In this document: positions 1 through 13,110 of the stretch, one piece after another
How the letters are laid out: every line of letters starts with the position of its first letter
How positions within the stretch are numbered: the first letter of the stretch is position 1
Position numbers and translations under genes: made by a program
Assembly (NCBI RefSeq): GCF_000150275.1
Contig: NW_002060946.1
Location: forward strand, 1,173,562-1,237,561
DNA length: 64,000 nucleotides
Reading direction: 5' to 3'
DNA from: Trichoplax adhaerens
Taxonomy: Eukaryota; Animalia; Placozoa
The notes under the pieces: model-generated
The model's input: only the letters and a program-made list of their open reading frames with translations
The model's database searches: none
What the model was told of the DNA's origin: nothing

Positions 1-625
1 AACCTAAATAGTGACGTACAACGCTACGGTAAATTGTTAACTTTGTAATTATAGAATAAACACGAAATCGATTTATACGTTACAATTGAAAGCATACCTT
101 GGAATTGAGCAAATATTGAATTGATATTGCTACAATACGATATTATATTAAAAATTTTTTCCCTTTCCGTTGTAGATACGACTAATTGAATACCATAAGA
201 AGTGCAGAAGTTAAAACGACCACTAAGATACAGTAACCAAGTTGCTAATGACAATATTTAATTATGGTCCTAAATTTACTGTTGGCATTTATGTTCACGA
301 AAAGTAGAGATCTTATTAGGATTTACGTAGATGAGATTGGGTGCGAAAGTTCGAGCAATTCAAGGTCATCGTGATAATACCGATCATTTCTCATATTAAG
401 TTTTTATCTCTTTACTGGCGTAAAAATGAGCAAAGCCTCATCATATCCATAGAACTAAAGAGAAATCTAAATTTTATGCTTCCTATTACTTCTGATTTTA
501 AAATTTGTACTATCGACTTTCTATAATAGTGGGCTAATTGCTGTAGTAATTTAATGGTATCTTTTGAAACATAGCAGATGTAAAGGTAGAAGAAATGGCG
601 AGGCGCAAATTTATATTGTTATTTG

Positions 626-882
626 GAACAAGAGTTCATAATATAATCATTCAACTGTGCCTGTACCTGTACGTTAGACGGTAAATCTAGACAACACCAT
701 AAAAATGATGAGCAATAATTTAAACTCGTCATCGATAAGTTAATAAGTCGATATTGTATGATAGAGGTGGAATGGAACATGAGCTTCGTAATATAATTGT
801 TAACTATATCTGTACAGTAAATCTAGACAATACCATGAAAATTCGGCGTAATAATTTAAACTCGCTATCGATAATTAAGTTA
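626..882. repeat. Diverged tandem duplication, about 140-bp unit x2, inside the intron of GPCR #1
   Basis: GTAAATCTAGACAA...AATAATTTAAACTCG...ATCGATAA occurs at 681 and 817. GAACA..GAG..TAATATAAT occurs at 626 and 775. Confidence 0.75.
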
Positions 883-1277
883 CGGAATCATTTCATACAG
901 TTGGAACGATATACCGTAAGAAATAGTTTCTTATCTAACTTACCACGAGATAATGTTGTCATATATATGTAATAAAATTTAAAATATACTGGTAAAGTAC
1001 AACGATGGAAACAGTGAAAAAAATGGTAATGGATCTGATAATAATTACAAATGATAAAGAATTGCTGTTTTATCTGATCTGGAAGAAGATTTCGAAGAAT
1101 TAAAACTTAGATTTTGATAGCTAGATTGGCTGATGCTATTAGTAAAACTTTGGTATAATAGAAAAAATAATATGATAATAAGGACTATGATAGAACGGTT
1201 AATCTGATCACTTTTTCCTACTGAAAGAGAGTCTTTATATTTTTATAAAGGGGCATAAAATTTTGGTAATGACTTAC

Positions 1278-1842
1278 TTAGCATATTGGCTACTGGTAAG
1301 GTGATCGCGCTTGAATCAGGTCCTACAACTCCTATAACTCCTCTGCTGTCATCCGCTACTAAATGTTCTAGAAGAGTTTGATTACAACCATGTCGAGTTA
1401 GTTCGTGATAGTCTACATGATGAAATTTCTTTTCCGACCATGGTAGAAAATTAATTGATTGTTGTAGTGTATGCTTAACGTTCGAACAAGTATCCCGAAT
1501 ATCGTATCCTAACGTCACTCCAGGTAGAAGATTTTTATCTCGATTAATTTGATCCACAGCATAAATCATTGCCATCATTTTGTATAACCCTCTAAAAGCA
1601 AATTCATCACATTGACCAATAGATTTATTGTAACTGTAATGGGCAAAAAATAAACCTCCTAGAATATAATCGCCGTCATGATAAATTGCTAAAGGATTCG
1701 TTTCCAAGATTTTATATTTCTTTTGATTATTAAGGCCATTAACTGGACATGATGATGTTATACATATCAAGCAAATTATCAATAGAACTACCCTTATTTT
1801 GATAGATTGCATGTAATCTACTTGATCATATTTTACTGCCAT
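1278..1842 (-). CDS. Class C GPCR #1, coding exon 1 (signal peptide and first part of the Venus flytrap domain); the rest of the gene lies left of the window
   Basis: ORF 1243..1842 contains GDYILGGLF, AMIYAVDQINRDKNLLPGVTLGYDIRDTC and VIGVVGPDSS, typical of the mGluR/CaSR N-terminus. Phase-1 donor CTA A|GTAAGT at 1278/1277, the same position as in paralogs #2-4. The start could be the second Met (1812). Confidence 0.88.
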
Positions 1843-4800
1843 GATTTATTTTTGGTTTCCAGTTTTTTCGTCGTGCATTTCTGTCAGGTAATATTTATCG
1901 ATTGACAATTGTCAGTATTTAATACTGTGGAATACAACAAGATGTACGACGGCACAATTAGCCAAAACAATTACAGGAATACTTCGAAATAATCAATCAA
2001 TCAATTAGTTGAAGCTGAAAGCTACAAAACTAGAAAAAACTATATCATGAATAATAAATGATTTCATATTGAATAAAGTTTGCCTCGCTATTTTATTAGT
2101 ATGAAGCCTTGTTCCTATAGAAATAGTACCTAAAGTATTGATTGAGAAAAAAGCAGTTGTATCTCCGATATTTTACAACAATAGAGCTACGTTACCGTTT
2201 TATTGTAGTAGCCAAATTCACGAGAGTTATATTTCATATTTTGACGTATTTGCGTTTGTCTATTAAAAAAGAAAATAAAAAAAATGATATAGATCAATTG
2301 AGAATTAAAAAATGAATAACGTAGAAATTTTACTTTCGTAAAATTACCTTATAATGTTTGTTGGATTCAATTAATGAATTATACAATTTTTACACGAAGA
2401 TTTTCATTTATTTATGAACATCTCTATGCTCATGTACATTATTTTATCTTGTACTCTAAAATTGGAATAAGTTACATTTATTAAATATTTGATCAATATT
2501 TCAGAGTACACCTTTTATGTCACACAACCTCAATCTAGGTTGTTATGGTGATGCCAATCTTGGAATAAAGCCAGCTTTCAATTCTTCACGAGCTCATTTG
2601 ATGATATTAGTTTCTTAGACTTTTCATGCATTGATACAATGCGAAATATTATCCCAGGGTATCATGATATTTGCAAAATGTATTTTGCCTTATTTCTAGA
2701 CTCTGTGTCTGGAATATTGTAATTTCTTAGTTAAATTGAGGAGATCATAATTATATTGACTATGAAATCGATGCCAATGTAATGGTATAGATATCAATGT
2801 TTAATGATTAACAGGATATAGCAATTATGATTGAGTACACGATATTATTCTTTATCTTCCTTATAAAATCGGCCGATAATGAATCATAATGAATCTCCTT
2901 AGCTATTGGCTTAGGAGTTATCGAAGTTATCCATTAGTGTGATTAACTGTAGAGATTAAGTCTTCATCACGGCTGCATTATGAAGAAAATGAAGTATTAC
3001 AGCACTTTGTTAGCAAATTCTAAAAGAAATAGTGCGTAACAAAACAACAACATCCGATTCATTATACGTAATTATAAATTCAATTATTTCACTTTTGATA
3101 TAAAAAAAAATAATATCAATAATATACCAAACGAGAAGCTAAGACTGCCAATTTGTTGATGTCGATGAATATTGTATTGATGAGTCGAGGTGATAATGAA
3201 ATGTAGGATTTCGAAGTGTAGTCAAAGCATGTTTTATTAAATGGATCTATTTAAGTTCTATTATCCTCGCATTTTGGTAATATTTTAGAAGATGAGTAAG
3301 ATGATATTTCTGAAACTATTAATATTTTTGTATTTGGGACTAATGTTAGGGCCATTACTATCACATTATATAACACTGAATGTATAGCAGATACCATTCA
3401 ACATTTGCGCATTATATTTTTTAGGTCAAAGTGGTTAATCTGTTCAATATCAATATCGGATATTAATCAAGCGCTTTGGGAAATTAATTGTTTATTCCAG
3501 TGCAGGACATTGAAAAGTTACTTCCACAAATTAGAATGTTCATGGCATTATTCTAGAATGTTATCAAATAATGATAAGAGTATCTGTACGAATAACTAAG
3601 TTAGCGCATGTTATCAGAGCTGTTATGCTCATTGCAATGTTTTAGAAAATCTCTCTAGATGTAGAATCACAATATAAAAGCTGGGCTAAGCTTTTATTAA
3701 ATGTATTTGAAGTAAATAGATTAATAATATATAAACATTTACTCGAATAGACAATTAAATTGAATTACTTCATTACTGAATTGACGCAAATTTCCTGTCA
3801 ACATCATTATCAACTTAAGAATAAAATACAGTAATAGTTTTATTTATACTTTAGTTAATTGAAAAAATAACCTTTGACAGAAACGTGTTTGTTTTTTTAA
3901 TTATTTAGTGCCATTTATACATGCTGCATCCATAAGTGACAACAAATAAATGGCATCAATAAATTTTAAGCAATTTTATTGACCATCGGTAAATAAAATT
4001 TCTGGATACTCAGTACTGCATTTAATGTTGTAACCTAGACCTGCCCCAAAATCATGACTTAATTCCACATTTTAGCAACTAATTATATACAAGAGTGGAT
4101 GTACATGTACAATTTTAATAAAGATTCAATTTTTTCTTTTTACATATTACTATAGATCTGTACTACGAAAAAATAATTTGCTTGGGAAAAATACTCTAAA
4201 CATTAGGTTATTATGTTTAATCTCTATAAGTTTATAGTATCTAATATTGGGTTTAAATCAAATAATGCAGTCTCTTTGCCCTTTTTACTAAATTGAAATC
4301 AAGATTTTCTTCCTTAAACAGCAACTGATATAGAAATTCTACGTGTATAGTTTAGAAATTGCTTAAGTATCACGGCGGAAAATGCTATGAGGGTTCATCA
4401 AATATCAGCAAGACTTATTTCTCTACTTTTTATCTACACTATTTCTTATTTGAGCCATTAAATTATTATTATTATTCAAGATAATGCTTTGTAATCTCCA
4501 AGTTTCTTGAGATTAATAAAACCAAAATATTAGCGAATGATCTTAAGCGCTTTTGCAAATATAGTAGCGATTACTCTCAGATATTCAATTTATCAACGAT
4601 AAATATTCAAATATTGTAGACTATCATGCAAGAAGATTATATGGGTATATTTAACATGCTGATTAGATCAGGTTGAGCTACAACTTGAAAGGTACTTCGA
4701 ATTTAGTAACAGTTATTAATCTCCCTACCAACTGATCTCAAAACTGATCACTTCTACGCTAATACGTTCTATTTTCTGAAAAAGATATAATTCTATTCCA

Positions 4801-5243
4801 TTGATGGATGGTTGGATAATTTAATGCACTTGGTATTTAAAAATTTGCTAACCAAGTTTAGGTGCATTTACTAACTATCAGTGAAAATTCATTTACTCAA
4901 AATTATTAACAGCGTTCAAACATGAAAAAAATCAAAATTCCAGTAATAGTTTACCCACATGTTTAGATATAATCTATCAGGCTATTTATTTAATCCTATT
5001 AATAACTATAAAATGCCATATAATTTATATATTATTCATTAAAGAAACATGAGATTCTATAGCTTTTCCGTAACTGCAATTTTTGTCTTAATTAGCAAAC
5101 ATTGCAATGTGAATAGTTGCTATCAATAATAAAAAACTTTAAATCACCCCAAATATCATAAGTTTATAAGGTTAAGGAGAGAAGAATAGGAATACTTCAT
5201 CTACACTTTCTTATTAGACAATATATTCAATCTATTCTGTGAG

Positions 5244-5597
5244 CATTGAAATTATTGCATACCGGTAGTGAATAACTTGTTTTATTCTTAAGTAGTAGTA
5301 TGTAGTATTGTCAGTTCCACTAAGAAATTTCCACGCTTACATTAATATTGACACTGAATAGTTAGTGACTTGTTTTATCCTCAATTAGTGCTAGGCAGTA
5401 TTGTCAGTTAAATTAAGAAAATTTTACATGTACGCTCGTATATTAATAGTGATAATAAGCATATGTACGTAGACATGTTTCCCGCATTTTTTCACATTGT
5501 TACATATACTTCTATACATTGAAATTATTGCGTAGTTAGTGACTTGTTCTATCCTCTAGTAGTGGTATGCTATATTATCAGCTACGTTAAGAAAATA
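5244..5597. repeat. Three diverged copies of an 80-90 bp unit
   Basis: ACTTGTT(T/C)TAT(T/C)CT...TATT(G/A)TCAG...TAAGAAA recurs near 5275, 5368 and 5541. CATTGAAATTATTGC occurs at 5244 and 5517. Confidence 0.7.
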
Positions 5598-6158
5598 CGC
5601 ACATTTCCTTTAATTTTTCAGAATACCACATATACTTCTAGGCATCTGCAGATATGACCTAAAGTTTATATGTTAAGGTCAATCCTAGGATTTACCTCAA
5701 CTATGCTATCTGGCTAATAATTTTCTATTTACTATCATACCGTAGCTCTGGCACATTAATGCTTTGAAAATCAATTCAAAATATCTTAAATAGAGATTCC
5801 GTCGATGAATGAAATCATGCATTATAGTAAGAAGAGGAACAACACCATAAGAAATCAGGAGTGATAGTTTCTTAGTTGCTTGCAAGGTCATATTACTGAA
5901 ATTTCAAGAGCTATTATTCTCGCCAAACTTTAATAATTATTACCTTAATCAGAGATATATATTCTTTTCATCCTTTATTAGTTCTACTATGAAAGGTTTC
6001 AGAGAAAAAGGATCTGTAAACCATATTTCACTAGTATCTATTTTCTAAGTATTTCGATAGATTAACTGCATATTCGCAAAGGTATGTATTTTATACTAGT
6101 ATTGGCGGAAATAGATAAGGCGAATCCTACTTTAGATGAAAAAGACTAAAATAAATGT

Positions 6159-9100
6159 TTATTTTGGTTTGGTATGAATTCGTGTATCAGCACCAAACGT
6201 AAATTCCTGGATAGATCGAAGCATCGCTTCTTTAGTATTCAGATCTGGCCTAAATAAAATTGTGTAGATTTTGGGAATAAACAGTAACAGTAATATCGAT
6301 AATCCAAATGTAATAACGGCTATGGATGCAAATGTTGCTTGTAATAATCCTACCGTACTATAATAACCGGGCACACTTAAAGCAACTATGACTAATGTGC
6401 TAAAAGAACAAATAAAGATATAGCGAGCTTCACTGAAGTTATCGGGCAATTTTCTAGTCTTCCATGCTAAGATAGTGCAAATTATTGCCAAGACTAATGT
6501 AAAACCAACAACAAGGCCTAATCCAAGATGCAATTTACTTGAACATAAGATATGGACTTCATTTTCGTATCGATAATCAGGTATAGCATTTGGTGGATCA
6601 ATAATAGTGAATATTAACCAAATAATTATGGGGATAGCTGTAATAGAAAGTACAAAGAGAATCGGAATAAGCGATTTACACCATCGACTTTGCAATCGAG
6701 AACTCTTGTCAACTTTCTGAATGCGTGAGCTAAGGGTAAATACATTAGCTACGTGTTTGGTTTTAGCAAGTAAACATGCTTCGCATAACGGGAAAGAAAC
6801 ACTACAAATTGCAAATTGGAACCAACATAGGCTTGTTGTCACTGCAAATTGGTAAGATCCACCTAGAATAAATAGTAGGGCAACGCTAAGTAGCTGTATG
6901 TGGGACATAATCTTGTTGGATGCTTTAACTATTGGTGTATTACTATACTTGAAAAAAATGATGACAATAAATAAAAGTGTTAACATGGAGAGGAGAGTAA
7001 AAATTAAAATTGTCAAATTGACTGGGTTACGCCAATCAAGTTTTGTTGGAGGAATTTCTTGACAGGCTGATCGATTATTTGTGGGCTTAAACCCAGGAGA
7101 ACATTTAAAACATTGGGATGTAGTACCATTGGAAACTAGGCTTGGACCGCATTTCAAGCAGACGTAATAACAAGATTCTTGATCAAAGCTATGTTTGCGA
7201 TCTCCAGGAGTACATGCTGTTTCATAAACTTCTGTAGGGATAGTTGTACTTTCACCATTACGCCAGCGAATTTTGTTAGTGTCCATTATCATTTCACTTT
7301 CAAAAGGATTCCACCTAGCCACTTCAACAAAATGAGAGCAATTGTCGTCATGATGCAAATTTTGGATTAAAATATGTCGTACGCCTTTATTTTGCTGAAA
7401 TTCCACCGGCTGGTTAGCGTGATTGCTAAATTCAACCCGTTGAAGGTGATAATTAAAAATTGTATGATTGAATGTTTCAACGGAATTGCAAAATTCAATA
7501 GTACAATTTAATGTCTGATGCAGAGCATGAGCGATAGCATAAACTGCATCGATAACATAAATGATATCCTCATTCAATTCTGATTGATAATATTCACAGG
7601 AAGATTTCTTTTCATCGATGATTTCATAACTACCTAATCTGACTTCACAGTTTTCTTCATTTGGCGTACAGTTGTATAATTTTTTCCATAACTGATCTAA
7701 ATGTACATTTCTAGTATCACTAGTAACATAATTCTCAAGATGCTTTGTAATTAAAACTGATCGAAAAGTTTGCGTTGATACAGCCAGTAGGCCGCCCATC
7801 ACTTCTTTCCTGATGGAGTAAATTGCTGGCGATTTAACCCACTCACCAGCACCAATCCAAGTTCTACCAGTTAAATTTTGCCTTTCTGCTTCTTTCATAA
7901 ATCTTACACCTTTTTCATAGGGTCCAAGCAAGACAACAACTTGAAGCTTATTATTTGCTTTTAAATTTTGAATTACTCGCGCCATTGCCAAAGACATCCG
8001 ATCACCAGTAATGGAGAATTCCTGGGCGATACAAATTTTGGCATCTTGTAATATAGTCCTAAGTAGATCCATTCTGTAGCTTGTTTCTGGAGGTTCAATA
8101 GTTATAAGACAAATTCGTGTCATGTCTAATGCTATTATTATCTTAGAAATCACTACTAAATGATCATAAAACGAAGGCTGAGTTGAATATAAATTAGGAG
8201 GTTGATTGTCTGATTGTGTAACGGCCAAAGCACTTGGAGTAATTTCGATAACACCAAAATTACCTATATTAAAAATAAGACCGATAATTAAGCAATAGCG
8301 ATATGAAATATAAATAGTATTCATTTATTGTACGTAGATACCACTTTAATCTATTATATATATAATCGATTTTTAAAATAATTTCTCTCTGATTTAGCCA
8401 GCATACACCATACTAATGTTAGTTGGATTACATGGCTTACTATTATAGTATACAAATGAAAACGATATTTAATTCAGGTTATGCTTGATTAACGAGATCG
8501 ATATACGTTTTTATCCAATCTATTATATCATTGATTTTTTAAACAATTTCTCTTCGATTTCGCCGGTAAGCATCTTACCAGCAACAGTTAAATTATATAA
8601 TTTACTATTATAGCATACAAATGGAAACGATGTTAAATTCAGGCCATATTTAATTGACGATATTAACGTATGTCCAATCTATTATGAATGTTATTCTAGC
8701 TCATAAAATGCTTGCATATATACTACTGAATTCTTTACTATTTTTTAAACATATACAGTATATTATCCATCGGTCATTTTCGATCGATCAATAAATTTAT
8801 ATATTAGCCTAAGGATTGGTGGTAATTTAAAAAAATGATGTTGATATTTTGTTGTGGATTTAGGTTACATTTGTTCTTGCTCGCCCTATTATCTTATTGC
8901 ATGATCCTCTGCATTCATTCTTGTCGGTTACTATTCGGTAAGAGTTTGATTGCTTATCGGATAAGCATAGGTATATAAGAGGTTGAAAGAATCCATAATG
9001 GGAGATATTCACGTGGAAACATAGTTCCTAGTCTCGCCCCAGTTATCTGAGAGTCTAGAAGTATTTACAAGCTACGATCGAACATATATTTAATGCTTGT

Positions 9101-10404
9101 AGTCGTTAAGCCTTCCATTTACTTAAATAGTTGTTATGCTTAGTAAAATGAATGCAATTTTATACAATAATTGTAACTTTTATACTGTCAATAACCCAAA
9201 TTGAGTTAATACTTTAGTGCTATATGCTATTGATAAATAAAATTTCTTGATAGACAGGTGAATTGGATATAGTTACACCTAAATTGCGACAATAAAATCA
9301 TTAAAACTTAAATAAGGATGAAAAACGAAAGAGACTCAAATTCTTTCGCCGTTACAAGTAGGTTAGATTCATTACACATTAGTGTCAAAAGTTCATAATT
9401 GCTATAGCGCAGTAACTTCATGCCAAACTTATCGCATTCAAAATGAGCCTGAAAAGCTCACTCATTTGGTAGTCGTTATTTTAACCTTGTGGAACGAATG
9501 AGCAAGTACGATATTGTTTATTATTTATCTTTATGACTGGTATCAAGATGGAAATAGCACATAGGATGTTGTCTAATTTAGAATTCTCTGATTTGCAAAA
9601 CGCTTCAGAATAAGTCTTATCAATAAGGTATTAATTTTTACTGTTACTAGCAGATAGACATTTCTATAAAAGCTCAAGCTCTAGCGCTTATATTCGAAGT
9701 TATTTCGAATGCACAAAACAAAGACTTGATAGGACATGGAGTAATTGTTCAAAACCGTAGCTTATGCTATATAAAATGGATAATAAATATCACCGACTTT
9801 CTATAATTCGTTTCAGCTTCAGATTTGACTTAAAATCAAATGTCTTCTAACTCACTTTCTTACCTATCGTATTTGCAGTGGCAATGGTAGAATCACTCAT
9901 CGTTGTGCCAATAACACCAATAATAGGTCCATAAGTTCTGACTGTTTCTTCGTTAGCCTCATCATATTTAATTTTTTCACAGAAAAAACCGTCATACTTG
10001 CCTTCCTTAAATGGTAAGTATTGCATTAATAATGCCATAATCTCTTTAGATACACGCAAACTATTATGACATGTATCTCGTATATCATAGCCTAGTTTCA
10101 CATCAGGTAAAAGATTAGATTGCTCGTTGATATCGTTAATAGCAAATATCATGGCCATCATAAGATGGATTCCATAAGTATCGAGTTCAGAGCATTTATG
10201 CTTGCCATCTTCGTAATTATAATGAGCTGGTAGAAGGCCAGCTATTATTGCATCACCATTAGTACTTATCATGACAGCGTTTTGAGTTTGTTGTTGTTCT
10301 AAGACGCTAAATAATGTCTTTTGAGCATTGCAAATACTATGTGATAATATGGATGCAAAGAGTATCGCGTAAATATAGCAATTTTTTTGAGCTGTGGCTA
10401 CCAT
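6159..10404 (-). CDS. Class C GPCR #2 (CaSR/mGluR/V2R-like orphan); exons 10404-9864 and 8263-6159
   Basis: Exon 1 ends ATA G|GTAAG and exon 2 starts after TTTTTAATATAG|GT, giving the in-frame join ANTI-G-NFGVIEITP. The product has a VFT, a cysteine-rich domain and a 7TM region with NTPIVKASN, RKLPDNFSEARYI and FIPKIY. Confidence 0.9.
8349..8685. repeat. Tandem repeat, about 165-bp unit x2, in the intron of GPCR #2
   Basis: AATCTATTAT at about 8349, 8517 and 8676. TTACTATTATAG(T/C)ATACAAATG(A/G)AAACGAT...AATTCAGG occurs twice. Confidence 0.8.
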
Positions 10405-11546
10405 AATGACTCTATTTCTTGCGATTACTAATTTACGGTAAAATTACTTTTCAGTGATGAATAAGTCTGACACGAAAAATGACCAATTGACTTTATCGTG
10501 ATAATTGCGTCGATCAGTATTACAAACAGTTTAACTTCTTCGCTTTCTAAAAATCTTCCACGCACCTATTTGTTTTAATTCTGTTTGCTACGATGCAGGT
10601 ATAGTGTGCTACGAACATCAAATTCTCAGTCTAGAGATAAACTCTATAATTGTAATTATTGAGGGAATGCTTGAGACACTAATACGAAATAATTGATTTT
10701 AAGCCGCAGGGAATAATCCAACAACCAAAAATTGAGACAATCAGTTTGCATTCCGTGCAGAAAACATATGTTCTATAGTTATTACTAGCCTTTAACAGTA
10801 GAGTAATAAAATCTACTAATATGATTAACATTAGACTGAAAGCACTGACATAGCTGGATCAATAACACTTTGGCATGCATATTCACATTTACTGGATTAT
10901 CATTTCATTTAAATAGGATAACTTGCTACCTGATTCTCCTCTTTGATTTATTATATGATCGAGCGTAAACTCAGGCTTAAAATTTTTACTGTATATACCG
11001 TAGATAGCATTCAAATTAATGACAGGCTCGCTAGATAAATAGATTTATTAAAAATTTGCTCTAAACAAATCTATCTTTAGTCAAATCAAAAACGGTCTTT
11101 AAAAAGTTAATAGAGAAACATTATACGGTATCTAAAGTCAAAAATGATTTAGCAAGGTGAATTATAATACTAAAAGACCGATTGTACTACATACTCTACA
11201 ATATTAGCACTATATCTATAAAAACTTACTAACATCACTTATTAACTCTAACACATACCGGGCTTTATAATTATTTGAAATATGCGAATATTCAATCTAT
11301 GTATTAAACTCTATTTGAAGTTAATGTGGAAGTTCTTGGCTATTTCTTTATCTTAAAAGCAGCCGGCTGTGTAATAACCCTGATATACATTTCGCACTCT
11401 ATCCATTAAGTAGATTTAAGCCTGAAATTAGATAGTTTCTTTCCTAATGTAATCCCAAACAGCGAGGATAACAACATCTCTTGTATCCAGAATGATCGGA
11501 AATTATAACTAGCTGATAAGTACACTAGAATGCAAGAATCTAAAGG

Positions 11547-12176
11547 ATATTGTTTAACTAAAGCGATATTACTTAATGTACTAGGTAGTATTCTAAAGTT
11601 TTTCCTTTATTGAAAAACGCATAATAATCGTGAAAATTAGTATAAGGATTCAATATAGGAAGATGTTCTTGGATCATATTTATAGATAGCTTCGGATAAA
11701 ACTTAATTCATACAATATAAATGAAAACATAATTAATACTGATAGGAGAGCCTTGCAAATGAGAGATTACTGTATTATCATGCCATTAAATGAAGACATA
11801 TTACTACCTGATACTCCTATTTGATCTATTATACGATAGTATTTAAATTAATCGCAAGTTCGCTAGATAAATATGTTATTTTTATAATTAATCTATACGT
11901 CCAAAATAAGTGGAAGTTATTACTATTTGATAAGCGCACTGAAATATAGGCCTCTACAAGACATTGTTTACCCGAAGCTATACTATTTAATGTACTCGGA
12001 AGCGTTCTAATGTTTTTCCTTTATTGATGAACGCATAGCAATCGTGGAAACTAATTGAGATTTTAGTATAAAAAACTATTCTTGGATCATATTTACAGGT
12101 AACTTCAGATACGACTTAATTTATGTCAATAAAATTGAAAGCACAATTAACATTAATAGAAGAGCCTAACAAATGC
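11547..12176. repeat. Dispersed direct repeat of about 215 bp (about 11547-11761 and 11961-12175)
   Basis: Collinear shared blocks TTAATGTACT, GTTTTTCCTTTATTGA, AACGCATA, TTCTTGGATCATATTTA, ACTTAATT and GAGCCT..CAAATG. Confidence 0.8.
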
Positions 12177-13110
12177 AAAAGTAAAACATCAACATTCTAA
12201 ATTGTCAGGTATGCTACATTCTTTTATTACGTTTGTATTGAATAGAATACAACGATATATTACCATAGGAATCATAATTTATATTTTTCATAGCCAACTA
12301 AAGCTACCCACGGAAAATAATAGCTTGTGCAGTTGATAGGCTTCAAATATGAATTAAAATTCATTGAATTTCAGTAAGAAGTTACGATAGATTAACAGGA
12401 TATGGATTGTCGTTTTCAACTTTCACGATCTGTATTATTGATATTGACACTTTAGCTTGATTATTAAATAGCTAAACCTCTTTACTCGTATTTATAATGG
12501 TATCATGACTGCTACTAAAGTGTTGTTGACGAAAAGGTTATTCAATTTCAATAATAGAATATGATAAATTAACAGGATGTTGATTTGTCTCAATTTCACT
12601 TCTGCGACAAGGTAACGTACAGTAAAAGCCTATAAGTAGCTACTAACTTAAACGCCCTTTTACTTAACGTTAAACAAACACAGCAAAAGACTGTAAAGAT
12701 GAAACTTTTATTAGCAAAGATACATCTACAACTTTTGACCACCACTGAACTCAAATGTTCCCGTTTATATAGGAACCGTCTAATTCGTAAACAACAACAG
12801 TATTATCGTTATACCTTACTAGGAGAAACATCTTGAACTGAGATGTTCCTTACATAGCTTTCCTATCAGTAAATATTTTGAATCTCTTACTCATACTTAA
12901 TCTTAATCTAAGCTCGTAGGTTGTCTAATTCAACTATCATCAACTAGAACTTGAATCATCTTACTGCTATCTGTTACACAATAACAATCAATATCAAGTA
13001 TGTAATGAACTGTTACAAACAACATCCACGTTAAGGCATTACGTATCTTACCTAGCACTACAAATATGGATATTCTCCATAATAGCTACTACAGTACTTA
13101 TTAAACTGTC

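Noticed and set aside
24-5891. Short ORFs (61-76 aa) around GPCR #1
   Set aside because: AT-rich low-information translations with no homology I can recognise; several start at non-ATG codons.
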